Origin: Eremomyces bilateralis CBS 781.70
Lineage: Eukaryota
Reading direction: 5' to 3' (one strand)
Length of the DNA: 64,000 nucleotides
Assembly (NCBI GenBank): GCA_010015585.1
Contig: ML975151.1
Shown piece after piece: positions 23,576 through 37,433 of this stretch. Made by a program: the position numbers and the translations under genes. The notes beneath the pieces were generated by a model that saw only the letters and a program-made list of their open reading frames with translations, was not told the DNA's origin and did no database searches. Each line of letters begins with the position of its first letter. Position 1 is the stretch's first letter.

Positions 23576-24592
23576 TCACCCACTAACCTTCTCCTCAACT
23601 CCTCCACTCCCACCCCCACAAACCGCATTCACAAACTCATGATACTTAAACACCTCCCCTTTCCCCGCTACCCCCACCTTCCCAAACCCTTTATTCCGAC
23701 TAAACGCCCTTCTCCCACTAAACTCCCCCAACACCTTCTCCACCTCCCTCTCCCCCAACGCCCTCTCCCCCTCCTCCGGCGCCGTCGTCAACAACGCCTC
23801 CCGCAACTCCCGCACGTCCACCTGCCCACTATCATCCTCGTCGAACGCCGCCAATGCCTCCTTCAGCTCCATCGCCTCCGACGCCCCCTGCATCGGCGTC
23901 GCCAGCAGGTTTAGGTACGTCGCCAGATTTAGTGTAGTTGCGGACGTCGGCGCGAAGTAGCCGGATAGTGCGGTTGGGTGGTGCTCGAGACCGAGTTGCG
24001 AGAGCATGTCCGAGACGTCGGCGGCGGTGATCACGCCTGTGTTGTTGCGGTCCAGCACGCTGAAGGATTCGCGCATGGTGTGGAGGAGCGGCGCAGGGAG
24101 GTGGGAAATCGCGTCGGGTTTGGTGGTGGGTTTGGCGGTGGTTTGGGGGCTTGGTCGGGGGGGGATGGAGGCGAGGNNNNNNNNNNNNNNNNNNNNNNNN
24201 NNNNNNNNNNNNNNNNNNNNNNNNNNNNNNNNNNNNNNNNNNNNNNNNNNNNNNNNNNNNNGGGGGGATAGGTGGGAGGCAGTGTCGCGGGTGGTGAGCC
24301 AGGAGCGGTCGCCTTTGGTGGCGCTGGTGGGGGTGTGGTCGGGGGTTTCGGAGAGGTCGCGGGGTGCAGAGAGGTCGCGGTTTGCGGACGGGGTGGAATG
24401 CTTTAGCGGAGAGGTTGTTGGTGTCGCTCCTCGTACGGTTGAAGGAGATTTGCCTAGGCCGTGAGGAGAGTCTGGTCGGCGGAAGGGCGAGGCTCGAGGA
24501 GAGCTGAAGGACAGTGGTGAGGGTTTGAATGGGGAAGACTGGTTCAAGTTAGTCATCAGGTCGGTTTCTGGCCATATATGGATACGCACCAT
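23576..24592 (-). CDS. EF-hand protein, myosin II regulatory light chain-like (Rlc1/MrlC type)
   Basis: Ser/Pro-rich N-terminus followed by MRESFSVLDRNNTGVIT and ALAAFDEDDSGQVD EF-hands. First exon is ATG only, with intron 24589-24539. The gene spans the N gap. Confidence 0.78.
   Translation of the reverse strand: MVRIHIWPETDLMTNLNQSSPFKPSPLSFSSPRASPFRRPDSPHGLGKSPSTVRGATPTTSPLKHSTPSANRDLSAPRDLSETPDHTPTSATKGDRSWLTTRDTASHLSPXXXXXXXXXXXXXXXXXXXXXXXXXXXXXLASIPPRPSPQTTAKPTTKPDAISHLPAPLLHTMRESFSVLDRNNTGVITAADVSDMLSQLGLEHHPTALSGYFAPTSATTLNLATYLNLLATPMQGASEAMELKEALAAFDEDDSGQVDVRELREALLTTAPEEGERALGEREVEKVLGEFSGRRAFSRNKGFGKVGVAGKGEVFKYHEFVNAVCGGGSGGVEEKVSG
24177..24261. other. Assembly gap (85 N)
   Basis: Run of n flanked by G-rich sequence. 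Confidence 1.
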
Positions 24593-25107
24593 TTTCACAG
24601 GGTATTGCTCAATTCGTCCTTCACTGTCTTCTCGTCGACTTATGTTTATTTGAAGTGCAGTTGTGACATCAAGGTTGATGTGGGATGAATGTATGTTGAA
24701 TGTTTACAATTGAACTAATTGGGTTTAGCGCATTATTTAAGCTCCCGGCGCTAAAATGGCGGGCGACAGGGACCGCGACTGCTTGTTCGGACTCCATATC
24801 GTTTCGCCGAGAGTGGGAGACTCGTCGATGATCCAGGTGTGCACTTCTGTCTTCTCATACTACCATGTGAAGTAATAGATGAGAGAAGAAGAGTGTTTGG
24901 TCTCTGAAATTTTGATTTTCCATAGAATATACTGTTCTGTGTTTCGATTCCCCTCCAAGCGACTGCTAGCATCTATATCAGGAGAAGTGTATCTCGGCGA
25001 TCCAATGCGAAGTGCGCAATGAGTATTAGGTGAGGAGACACAAATAACAATTGTCACTGGATGTCAAAGAGACTCGGATTAAAGAGATTGGAGAGAAATC
25101 AGCAGTC

Positions 25108-27786
25108 ATGGCTTCAGCCCTACCTCATCGACCACCTCCTCCCCCTAAAGACCAACTCGGCGCATCAAGTTTCCACGATGCGACATATCCACGACATCCC
25201 CGATCTCGCTCTCCTTCGGGGGGAGCCAGCGCAACTCAGTCAAACGGCACGATGCCGTTTCCCGAGTTTTCGGTCGACGAATCCGCCATCGACTCCAAGA
25301 ACCTACCACCAGCGCCGTCCAACCGCAGCGGCTCTCCGACACAGGAATATATCGCGCAGGAAGTCTCACAGTATCCCGTCCAAGGGGCCGAAAACCATGT
25401 CGAATATATCCTGGTTGCATCCTTCGACATCGACCGCGGATCCGTCATGGAACATCAATTTCCGGGGCCGATAAGTGGGGACGAGCATATGCTCGCGGAG
25501 CTGATGTTGCCCGACCAGGCGCATATGCGGAATCAGGACTGGACGATCTTTTTCCTGCATAAAGATACCACTGCCGAGGAAGAGGCAAGGGCGGAGAGGA
25601 GACAGAGGAGGGAGCTGAGACAACAACAGAAGGCGAACGCGGAGAACAGCGAGCAGCTGGACCCGATCGCGCGTGCCGGAGTTGAACTAGAACGGAACGA
25701 GGACACTGATGAGGAGTATGACTCGGAGTTGGATAATGATCCAGAAGACGATTCCGAAAATCCTCCATTGATATATGTGCTTAATTTGGTGAATATGAAG
25801 CAGGATAATACCGTGAAAAGGTGAGTGCTCATTGATGCCTGCAGCGTATGGATACTGACATGTCGTAGAGGAGCTATTGTAAAGGCGATGGCGATATGTA
25901 CAAGACATCCATTCCTACACATCTACAAAGTAAGTTCTATTAGGTTCCAGATTAAAAACGATTGCTAACCTATCCAGCCACTACTTCTCCTTGCCCTAGA
26001 TGAGTACTTTAAGGCCCCTGTCCCGGAGACATTGGCGTCTCTCTACAATGCCGTCAACTCGATGGACTTGTCACTAATGCCTCGTTTAAACCCACTCGAG
26101 CGGCACATCCTGCAAGCAAGCGATGCTAAAGACATGTTCATCGAAAAGTTCGATATAATGATCCAGCAACGGATGATCGAAGACGCGAAACACGAGTCCA
26201 TGACCTCCAACTCTTCCGATGCTTCCGCCCCTGCTCCTGCCCAACGACGATATGCCCTCCCACGAGATACCCACGAATTCGATTCTCGCGTCCTATACAA
26301 CGGCGTTCCCGTTCCCGTCAAAGTCCCTGCTGCTATCTCGCCGGAGACCGTCGGCGACTTCTCACTGATCAAACTGATCCAAACCTTCTCCGCTCCACAT
26401 GCCACATCTCCGCAGCCGTTCGCATTGCATGCACATCTCACTACCTCCGGTGCATATACCCACCCGATCATCGTCCTCGTAAACGCCCTCCTCACCCAGA
26501 AACGCATTATCTTCCTCGGTCACAACCAACCCTCTGGCAGCGTTGCAGAAGCGGTCCTGGCATCCTGCGCATTAGCATCAGGCGGCGTCCTCCGTGGCTT
26601 TACACGACATGCTTTCCCCTACACCGATCTCACCAAGATCGACGATTTGCTGAAAGTCCCTGGTTTTATCGCCGGTGTCACCAATCCCGCCTTCGCACAC
26701 AAGCCCGAATGGTGGGATCTCCTCTGTGATCTCCCCACCGGGCGTATGAAGATCTCCCCGAAACTCGAGCCCGCACCCATCACCGAAGGCCTTGTGTCCT
26801 TTCAGCAAATGGGCCATGCTCCTCCCTCTCACCACGGCTACTCCCACCACCACGCCCCCTCCTCTATGAACTCCTTCTCCGCCGCCGTCGGCGCCGGCAT
26901 CTCCGCCGCCACCAACGCTGCGAACTCCTCGTCCCCTCCCTCGTCCATCACCCTCCAAAACGACCCCACCGGCGACCACGCCTTCATGGACGCCATCTCC
27001 CACGCCATCACCAACCGCCTCGGCGAATCCGCCATCCGCTCCCGCTGGCGCGCCTGGGTCTCCCGCTTCACCCGTGTCGCCGCCGCCTTCGAGACCACCG
27101 TCTTCGGCGCGTCCGCGCTCGCCCCCGGCGCCGCGGAAATTGACGCCGATGCGCTGGGATTCGGCGTGCGGGGCCACGGCGTGGTCTGGCCGGACGAGAT
27201 GGCGAAGGTGAGGGATTTGGCGGCGAACGCGTCAAGGATTGAGGGGTGGAGAGGGACGAGGACGTATTTTACGTATTTGCAGGATATGGCGAAGTGGTGG
27301 GGACGGGGTGCGGGGAGGCCGGGGGTTGGGTTACGGGGCATTGATTTGAGATACCAGTGTGATCGATTGCGGACGTTGAGGCTGGGGTATGATCAGAGCG
27401 CTTTCGTGTATAAGGCAATTGCGAGAACGGTAGAGATGGCAGGATTGGAAGGCGGGCCTTCGGCCGATGATGGAGAGAAGCTGGATCCCACGGACGAAGA
27501 CCAAACGGACGACGCGGCCATTGAGCTCGAGCTCCATCGCGAAGAAGTGCGGTACGATGTCATCAATCAGATCTTACTCTCGATGCCCGAGTCACAGGGC
27601 GGGCTATTCTATCTCGGTCTCGGGCTGTTTCATCCACGGCCTGACGTCCGGGTGGCAGTGGTTGGGTTGCTGGAGAGGATCGCGGAACATCCGGCTGGAC
27701 GACACTTCTGGGCGAATTTGGGACGGTTTGCGAAGCTCGCGTTCTTTCGGGTTAAGAGGGAGTTGGAAGCACAGACGAAGGCGTGA
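25108..27786 (+). CDS. mesA: MesA/Afi1 polarity-axis stabilisation protein (DENN-like Afi1 + SPA domains)
   Basis: Exons 25108-25820, 25869-25930 and 25978-27786. Motifs [72 protein letters not shown] and FPYTDL. Confidence 0.88.
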
Positions 27787-28603
27787 GGACTGTGAATATG
27801 GGGCGCTGAGTGTTAATTAACAATGTCGATGGAACCTATCCGCCGATATATATCTACTTCATGTCGTAACAGCGCTGTCTGGAGTATCTTCAGGACGAGA
27901 AGTAGAGTCAGAACGGCCCATATTACCGCAGTTCTTTATGGGATCAGTGAAGGAGCAAATGGATTCTGAAGGCACTTGATAAATAGTCTTTGATCAATCC
28001 TTTTCATAGTAAGCACATATGGTCTAGTTGATAGCCCCACGCGGGGTCGTCAAAGGTATTGATCCGGAAACACCAGCTGCTTGGCCCTTTAAGTGCTGTG
28101 CTTCCCTTTTTGCAGGTTCAAAGTTCGAGTCCGGTATAGAACAGCTTTTTTCAGGATTCATATTAAAAACAGCACGTGTTGACCCTCTTTCACCCAGCAC
28201 TACCTCGGAGGGATTGGTATTCTCTGTCCAAAAGGGCCAGGCTGCCAGGGTCAGAACCTGAGAGATATTACTAGGTCACACCTGTAGTTATGATCGAGGT
28301 CCAACGCATTGGTAGAATTTAATTCGATACTTGATAAAGCCTCTCGTCATTGCTGGAGATACTTTATATTGGGATTGGCATGGATGGCGTAAAGCGGGCA
28401 AGCGTCATGCGCATCACAACCTCCCAATCAAGATCTACAAACTTTTTGAACACGAACCCTCCGCATCCAACCTCTGCTTACTTACTCTGTTGCTCCAAAG
28501 ACGCATGGCAATTCCATAACTGTGGCGCGTCTGTATATATCACTTTATCCTATATCCTCCTAAACTATGAGTTACATCTGAAAAATCTACGCGCCGCAGC
28601 AAG

Positions 28604-31600
28604 ATGCGCAGGTAAAATGATGTAAACCCGACCACCTTTGGCTCCTATTAACGTATCGCAGCATTCGCCGACAAGCGCTTGAGAAGCTCGCCGCTCTCTC
28701 AACCTCTTCTCATGGAGAAATTGCCGGCCATGCGGACATATCACGTCTGTGTAGAAGATGTCCTGGGCCTCCAGCCCAAGGGAAGTCGGCGAAGGGGCAA
28801 GAGGGGGGGAAGGGAAGCGTTGCAAGTGTGCCAATGGTAGGAACCGCTTCGGAAGACACGGTCAGAGAATTTCATGCTAAATTTGTGGTATAGAGCGCAG
28901 CAGAGCTCGAGTCCGTTCTAGCACTGTGCAAAGCCGGTCCATCCGTTCAAGATTTGGCACCCGCCACTCAGTTGGCTCGTCAGTTGATACCATACCTCCC
29001 CGAATCCTATTCGCAAGCGATCGAGCAATCACACATCCTGTCCGGCTTCGACTCGGCTCCTTGGGAACTTCTCACGTACCACCTTACGCATGCCCTACTT
29101 TCTCTTGGAGAGAATCATAGCTCGATTCGCAATGCCGCTATCACGTCGATCCAGCAGTACATCGATGGCTGGGAACAAGCCTCGGCGATGGTCTACAACG
29201 AGCGTCTGGAAGCAGAGAACCCGGAAACGAAAGTCTACGATGGCACGTTTCATAAGATATTGGTGCTGGCGGCATCCATGGTGGGATTCATGCGAGCGGC
29301 GACACAGCTAGCGTACTTCTGGCGCCCAATCGAACGCGTCCAAGTCATGCAAAAACTTGAGAGTGTTTTGTCCAAGCAATTTGAAATTGCTCTCGAGACG
29401 TCACTTTCCGCCATCCGGCATTACCATGGCGATGATCGCGCATTTCAGGAATGGAAGCGGTACTCGAAGCATTATGCGGTCCACGGACGACCACTTGGAG
29501 CGATGCTCCTCCGTGAAGGACTCATGGCTTTCGTGGCGTCTTGCTCGGCTACCATAATCGACCAAGACGGAAGTCTTTCTACGGATGAACTTCTTGATCG
29601 ACTCTTTAAGGACTCCTACACGCCGAATCAGCCGCGAACCGCGGGACAAGAAAAGCAGGAAATGGTCGATTGTATTACTGATGTCGCTTCCACGGAGATG
29701 GATCGATTCGACGACGGCTCTGATATCCTTGAACTGGGGTCCGTATGGGACCAACGACTGGCATTTGCCGCCAAAGGGAACGTCGTCAAAGCCTACCTTT
29801 TCTCTACAGTCGCCGACTCGAGCGTATGTGATCCAGACGTGCTGATGAGCTGGATTGAGAATGCTCTCTCCGATTCAATTCAGCTGGCGGATGAAACTTT
29901 GGCTACCGTCATTCTCAAAACCACAACCATTCTCGCAAAATCACATCCAGCTATCGCAACTCACATGAGCCGTATCCTTCCAAGGATTATCGTCAAAGGC
30001 GGACTCCAGGGACGTGTCTCATTGGTCGCAGCTGAAGCTTTGGCAACTGTTCTCCAACGAACGAGCGAGGACACAGTTATCAGCACACTGTACAGCCTGG
30101 GGAACGTTCTCACGTCCTCCGCACCAGAAAATAGGACCGCGGCCGGCACCCCATTCTCTCCGTTTGTTGATGGCAATGTTGATCCTTCAAAGCTGTCTGA
30201 CGATTACATCCATCCGAATGCAGGAAGCGCCCTCTCATTGGCGCCAAGCGATTCGACCGAGCCATCAAACCTCTTCGCAGCTGTGATCCAGGCGATTGTC
30301 TGCGTAGCGAGGGCCTATAGAGAAGAGAAGATAATCGCACTTGCATTGTCGATGCTCGTTCAAAAGATCGGGCGAGTCAGTAAGGCAGTCGATGCTAGAA
30401 TCATCGCAGAATCAGCGGTCCTTGGCCCATACACGAGCATATCCGACTTCCGGTCGCTTCTGAAACAATACGTCAGGATGTCTCATCGCGCCCTGGTTGA
30501 GAATCTACCGCTCATTGGGGATGCAGTCGTTGCTGCTAGAAACCACTTGTCGCAAACGATCAAAGGCGATTCGGAACACTTTGAAATTTACCTCTTCCAC
30601 ATCCTTGAAAGCATTGTCAGCAAAGGCGACGTGCTGGACAAGGATCAGTTGAAAGAACTCGACACGGAGCTGGGTGCACAGGAGATTTCCCATCTACTTG
30701 GACCACTGGCCATGCTTGTGTCGTCGAATGCAGAGTTCCTCCCTGAACTCGAGGGCATGGAAGGCTTGCTTGCCGCCCAAAGAAACGCTTGGTTCAACCT
30801 AGTTGTACACGGGTTCAGTTTCGCCTCTCCAATGGGCAAGCGTTATCTGAAGGAGCTTCAAGTTCTGGCATACTACAGCCAACCACTCGTCCCCAAAGAT
30901 CGAACCGACAAATTGGAAAGTGATATTGAACTCAATATCGTCCTTCGACGCGGAAAAAGCGCGGAACACACGGTAGAGCATAAGAAATACCTGATGGGAG
31001 CGCTGCCGGCATGCGAACACGACATTAAGTCCCTCGGCTACCCGGAAGTCGTCTTCCTGACGACCGCATATTTTGTTGAAACCCTCCGTGCGCGAGCCGG
31101 GAACTGTACGACGGTCCTCACCTACTTCCTTGACCCACGCCTTAAGGTCGGCGAGATGGGCAATTGTATGCGGGAAATCGCCGTTCATGCCGTTAACACA
31201 TACGTGGTGAAGACCATGAGCGGGTCGTTCCAATCATTCTCCTCGCCCTATCTCGCAGAGCAGCTCGGTCGTATCTTCGCCTCTTGTTGCTACCGGATCA
31301 CCGCGATTCAGGAAGTTGCGATTGAGTGCGCAGATTTGATCATATCCAAGGTCCCGTCAGCCTTGTGTCAACAAACTTCGCTTTTCGCTCTCCTCGACAT
31401 TCTCACGATCATGTGGGATAGTTGCCTGGAGTGTGAGACTGATGAGTATGCGTGGAGGGCGACCTTCCAAACCAAACACGCGGGCTTGGAGGTGGAATTG
31501 TCCGACAGCTACGATCTCCGTCGCGTCACCCTTGCCCAGTTCCATAAACGGGCGAAGTCATGGATGGCCAAGGTTCTGGACTTAGCGCCCGTAGACGTGA

Positions 31601-34594
31601 AGGGGCTTCTGCAGACATATTTGTCCGAGTACGAGGAAGAGCGAGCATATGGTCACCTATCCTTGGGCCGGTCATTCGCCATTGAATTGGGCTCCACAAT
31701 TCCAACGACCGATCAGCGTCTCAATGCCATTGATCCCCAACCAACGTTGGGCGTGAATACAGCATCGGATTTCGTTGCACAGTACACCATCCGCCAAGGA
31801 TACCGATTCGTCGGACTTGATGGTACCCAGGATCGCGCTCATGGGGGTTGGTTGCCTCCCGATGCGGATACGATGATCCGGACGAATGCAAAACTAGACC
31901 GCTCCATGGAGGATGCCGAGAGCCTTCTCGCCGACGTCGAAAACCGGACGCTCAATCACAAGGTTGTTGCTGTGGACGAGCTTCGTGATGTGCTACGTCG
32001 CGCTGGAGCTTTGCTTTGCAAGAGTGAAAAGGATCAATGCGCCATTGTGCATCACCTTGTCGGTATCCCGTTCGCTCTTTTCACGAAGCAATCCATCAAA
32101 CTCGGCATCTCGCTTTGGACTGGTGTCATTAAAGAGAACCCTCGAATGGAATCCAGGATCATCGTGGAGGTGGCTGAGAATTGGGAGACCAAAATCCACA
32201 GGCGAGTGGGCTTGTTTAATAAGGACCTCCACCATCCCAACCCTTTCTATTTGAGGCAAGAATTTGCGCCGTCAGACAAAGAATTGATCGCGAAAAAGCA
32301 AGCGGCTGTCTACAATGCGATTGCCCCCCACTTCCGCTTGCTCCAGTTCTTCCTAAGCCATTTCGGAGCATCGCGACATAGCACGCCTCAGATGCGACGG
32401 ATATACCTGCGTCTCGTCCACCTTTCTCTGGATGCGATGGAATTCATTGCTGACCATCCCCTCGCCCGAGAAGCGCATCTCCACCTCGTTCTTCTTGCTT
32501 GTCAACTTCTTCAGCACTTCCCCGGCCTTGGTTTCCCGGGCCGCTGGAGACTTTTGGACCGCATCCTAACGGCCGGGCTCGCTTGGTTTTCCAACCCCCC
32601 AAGGTGGTCATTCGGTGGTAATAGACTGCAAATCAAAGCGGAGACGCATCTCATTGAATCCGTGCGGCACGCTCTTCAGAATCAGACGGCCATAGATGCC
32701 AATGTCGCCGGTGCTCTGAGAGCCAAGAAAGAGTTACTTCAAATGTTGCTCTCGGATGAGCAAATGCGGTTGCTCGTTTGGCTCTTCCCAATAGACTACG
32801 AGAATAGGCACTTCTTCTCGTCATCAGCAGCTCGAGAAACTCCACCCGAGACTACACTGGTCAATGCCGTGCGGACTGCCTGGGCGTACAAGCCTTCTGT
32901 TGCAATCAACCTGGTGCAACGGTTTCATTCCCAAGCACTATTGCGTGAAGTCCGCTGGCTCGTTCTCAATTTCCCTGAGAAGACCTTGGATCTTCCGGAT
33001 GCGTTGGAGGTCTTGCTTGGTCCCTCGATGCCAACCGATGTGTCTTTCCAGTTGAAGTATCTTTTGTACTGGGCGCCAGTGAATCCCATGACTGCTGTTA
33101 CTTACTTTCTCCCGGCATATGGCAACCATCCGTTCATTGTTCAGTACGCCATGCGCGCTTTGGAGAGCCATTCGGTCGATATCACGTTCTTTTACGTTCC
33201 GCAAATCGTGCAGACTCTTCGGTATGATGTACTGGAATACGTGGAGCGGTATATTGTCGAGACTGCCAAGTTCTCGCAGCTCTTTGCCCATCAGATCATC
33301 TGGAACATGAAAGCGAATGCTTATAAAGACGATAACAGCGAGATTGTAAGCACAACACTCCTATCTTTGTACTGAGAAAATACTGACTTGCCAGCCTGAC
33401 CCAATCAAACCCAACCTTGACAAGGTTATGGGCAGCCTGATCTCAAGCTTTAGCCCGGAAGACCGCACTTTCTATGAGAAGGAATTCTCTTTCTTTAACG
33501 ACGTGACCGACATTTCTGGAAAGCTGAAGCCCTACATCAAGAGAAGCAAGCAGGAGAAGAAGGAAAAGATTGAAGAGGAGCTACGCAAGATCAAAGTTGA
33601 GGTCGGTGTTTACTTACCTAGCAACCCAGATGGCGTTGTGATTGGGATCGATCGGAAATCTGGCAAGCCCCTACAAAGCCATGCGAAGGCGCCATACATG
33701 GCGACGTTCCGCATCAAGAAAGAATCCCCACAGATCCAGGCCGTGGACGAGGAGCAGAATGGCAAGGCTCTCACGAACGGCAATTCGCCACTACAGAAGC
33801 ATCACACCGAATCTTGGCAATCGGCAATTTTCAAAGTTGGAGATGACTGCCGACAGGATGTTTTGATCTTGCAGATTATTTCTGCATTCCGAGGGATCTT
33901 CCACGATGTGGGACTGGACGTTTTCGTATTCCCGTACCGAGTCACTGCAACGGCTCCTGGCTGCGGTGTCATCGATGTGCTCCCCAACTCCATCTCACGA
34001 GACATGCTCGGCCGCGAGGCTGTCAACGGGCTCTACGATTATTTTGTCTCCAAATACGGCGGGGAAGATTCCATCCGCTTCCAAGAAGCGCGCAGCAACT
34101 TCGTGAAGAGCATGGCAGCATATAGCATCATTTCCTACCTCCTGCAGCTCAAAGACCGCCACAATGGCAACATCATGATTGACGACGCCGGCCACATCAT
34201 CCACATCGACTTCGGCTTCTGCTTCGACATCGCGCCCGGCGGCGTCCGATTTGAGCGGGCCCCATTCAAGCTCACGCCGGAGATGATCTCCGTGATGGGC
34301 GGCTCGGTTAACTCGCAATCATACCGCTGGTTTGAGGAGCTGTCCATCAAGGCTTTCCTCGCCTCTCGCCGGCACTGTGAGCATTTGGTGCACATGGTCA
34401 CGGTCATGTTGGAAAGCAGTTTGCCATGTTTCAAGCCGCAGACCATTCAGCATTTTCGAGATCGGTTTGTGTTGGAGAAGTCGGAGACAGAGGCTGCGGA
34501 CTTCATGAAGGGCATGATCCAACGTAGCTATCATAGTTATTCGACGAAGGGGTACGATTGGTTCCAGTTGATGACGAACGGGATCCCGTATTAG
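28604..34594 (+). CDS. STT4: Phosphatidylinositol 4-kinase type III alpha (Stt4)
   Basis: Exons 28604-28611, 28662-28836, 28894-33345 and 33395-34594. PIK helical domain FFYVPQIVQTLRYD; kinase motifs LQSHAKAPY, IFKVGDDCRQD, LKDRHNGNIM and HIDFGF. Confidence 0.96.
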
Positions 34595-34905
34595 GCGGGG
34601 AGTTGCTGTCTTGGTGGAGAGAAATTTCAAAACCTTACGTTTTTCTATTATACCCTATTATAATTCGATATCTACCTCCTATAAATACTTATGACTTTGA
34701 AACCGCGATGGGAGTAATTTCACCTTCATTTTAGATCTAGGCAGAGCCAACACGAAATTTGGTGATATCACGTGACCGAATCTCAAACGAGCCACAGGCG
34801 TGTGGGGCTCAAAATTCGAGGAAATTCCACCTCACGTTAAGAGTTAAGATCTCAACCCCACGACAACGCTTTCGCCTTTCACGACCACCACGATCAACCG
34901 CAACC

Positions 34906-37200
34906 ATGGCGCCCAGCTACGATAACCTCCAGGACGAAGAGCTCATCGATGAAGATGATATCGATTTCACAGACCTGCGAGAGCAATATGAAGTGCGACT
35001 GGAGGAAGGGCTCGATACATTCGTCGTCGTGGATGGCCTGCCAAAGGTCCCGGCAGACAGCCGAGTAAAGCTCACGAAGTTCCTGTTAAGGAAATTGAAT
35101 GCGGTGGGTACCGCGACGGAAGAAGGCACCTTCATGCCGCTGGACGATTCCAATACTACACTGGGGTATGATCCGTTTGACTCTCGCCTAGACTCTATCT
35201 AACATCAATGAAGATTTGCCTTCGTCGAGTTCTCCTCACCCAAAGAAGCAGTCGCGGCGATTAAGGCTTTCAACGGCACCCCATTAGACAAGAAACATAC
35301 CATCGCCATCAACAAGCTCACCGACATCGATCGATATGGCAGGGAAGGTCGCGTTGAGGAAGAATATGTCCCACCAACAATCGAAGACTTCCAGGAGAGA
35401 GAGCACCTCCGATGGTGGCTCAGCGATCCGGATGCGCGGGATCAGTTCGTCATGTTCCGGGGAGACAACGTCGGCGTTTTCTGGAACGAGAAGGATGACC
35501 CACCGGAGGTGATCGTAGACCGACCCAACTGGACCGAGATGTTCGTGCAATGGTCGCCGCTAGGAACATACCTCACCTCAATACATCAACAGGGTGTACA
35601 GATTTGGGCCGGCAAATCATGGACTCGGCAGAGACGGTTCGCACATCCGTTCGTCAACCTGATCGATTTCTCTCCCAATGAAAATTACCTGGTCACTTGG
35701 TCGCATCGTCCGATCGCCGTCGATGAGAACAATCCCGGTCCGATGTCTATGGAGGAAGACGGAAAGAACTATATCATCTGGGACGTCGAGACCGGCAAGC
35801 CTCTACGATCGTTTGTTACTCTGGATATCCCGGGACCCCCCGATGAGAATGGCGAGCCGACCAAGAAGAAGCTTCAGTGGCCAGCTTTCAAATGGTCCGC
35901 AGACGACAAATACGTGGCACGCATGACCTTCGGTCAGTCAATATCAGTGTACGAGACCCCACGGATGAACATGCTTGATAAAGCGTCCATCAAGATCGAA
36001 GGCGTACAAGACTTCGAGTGGGCTCCAGCAACGGCAAAACGCGAGAGCATCAAAACGTATGAGCAGCTGCTCTGCTATTGGACCCCGGAACTTGGAAGCA
36101 ATCCTGCAAAGGTCGGCTTGATGACCCTTCCATCCAAAGAAATTGTCCGAACGAGGAACCTTTTCAATGTCTCAGATGCCAAGCTCCACTGGCAATCACA
36201 AGGACAGTATCTTTGCGTCAAGGTTGACCGACATTCGAAGTCAAAGAAGTCGCTCGCCACAAACCTCGAGATCTTCCGTATCCAGGAGAAGGGCGTCCCG
36301 GTCGAAGTTGTCGATTCTCTCAAAGACACCGTCATTAACTTCGCTTGGGAGCCGAAGGGCGACCGGTTCGTTCTCATCACTGCTGGCGAGATCCCTCAAT
36401 CAGCCGCCGTTCCACCCAAGACATCCGTTGTTTTCTTCTGCCCCGAGAAGGCCAAGGGCAATGCCGTTGGCAACTTCAAACATATCCGCACCATCGAAAA
36501 GAAGAACAGCAACGCCATCTACTGGTCGCCGAGGGGACGATTCGTCGTCATTGCCACCGTACACTCGCAGCAAAGCTTCGAGCTCGACTTCTGGGATATG
36601 GACTTCGAGGGCGAGAAAGACGAGAAAGATAAGGATCTCACGGCTAACTTGCAGCTGATGAACACGGCGGAGCACTACGGCATCACAGACGCAGAATGGG
36701 ACCCGACCGGTCGCTTCGTCGCAACATCCGCGAGTATCTGGAAGCATACCGTAAGTACCATTGCTAAAACCCTATTTCCCGCACCGTAAACTAACAAACC
36801 CCAGGCTGAAAATGGATACCACCTCTACGACTTCAAAGGCACCGCCCTCCGCGAAGAACCCCTCGAGCGCTTCAAGCAATTCGCCTGGCGCCCCCGCCCC
36901 CCGACCCTCCTCACCAAGGAAGAGCAGAAGCACATCCGCCGCAACCTCCGCGAATACTCGAAGATCTTTGACCCGCAGGATCTGCTCCGGAAGAACAAGG
37001 CGTCGCGTGCGATCATCGAGCAGCGGCGGCGTCTGTTGGACGAGTGGCTGGCGTGGCGCGAGCAGGTGGAGGAGGAGCTGCACGATGAGGTCGCGGCGGG
37101 TTTGCCGGACATTGCGGAGGTGGTGGACGATGGGAAGAATGAGGTGATTGAGGAGATTGTGGAGGAGATTATTGATGAGACGGAGGAGATCATCGCGTGA
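34906..37200 (+). CDS. PRT1: Translation initiation factor eIF3 subunit b (RRM + beta-propeller)
   Basis: Exons 34906-35165, 35214-36750 and 36805-37200. Motifs [47 protein letters not shown] and [10 protein letters not shown]. Confidence 0.96.
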
Positions 37201-37433
37201 GGGTGAGGGATACTGTCTTCGCGATAAAACGGGCGGATAGTGAGTTGTAACGTTGTTTCATTCGGCCTAGCCGTCATAGTCATGGAGCAAGGAAGGTCAT
37301 CGCAAAAGAGATTCGTGGAACCCTGCATGGACATAGATAGGCATAATCGCATTGTGACCATTCCGTCGTGTGTGCATCTAATTCTACAAACGCCGTGCGC
37401 GAGACTTTTCGTACCGAGGCAATCCAGTGCCTG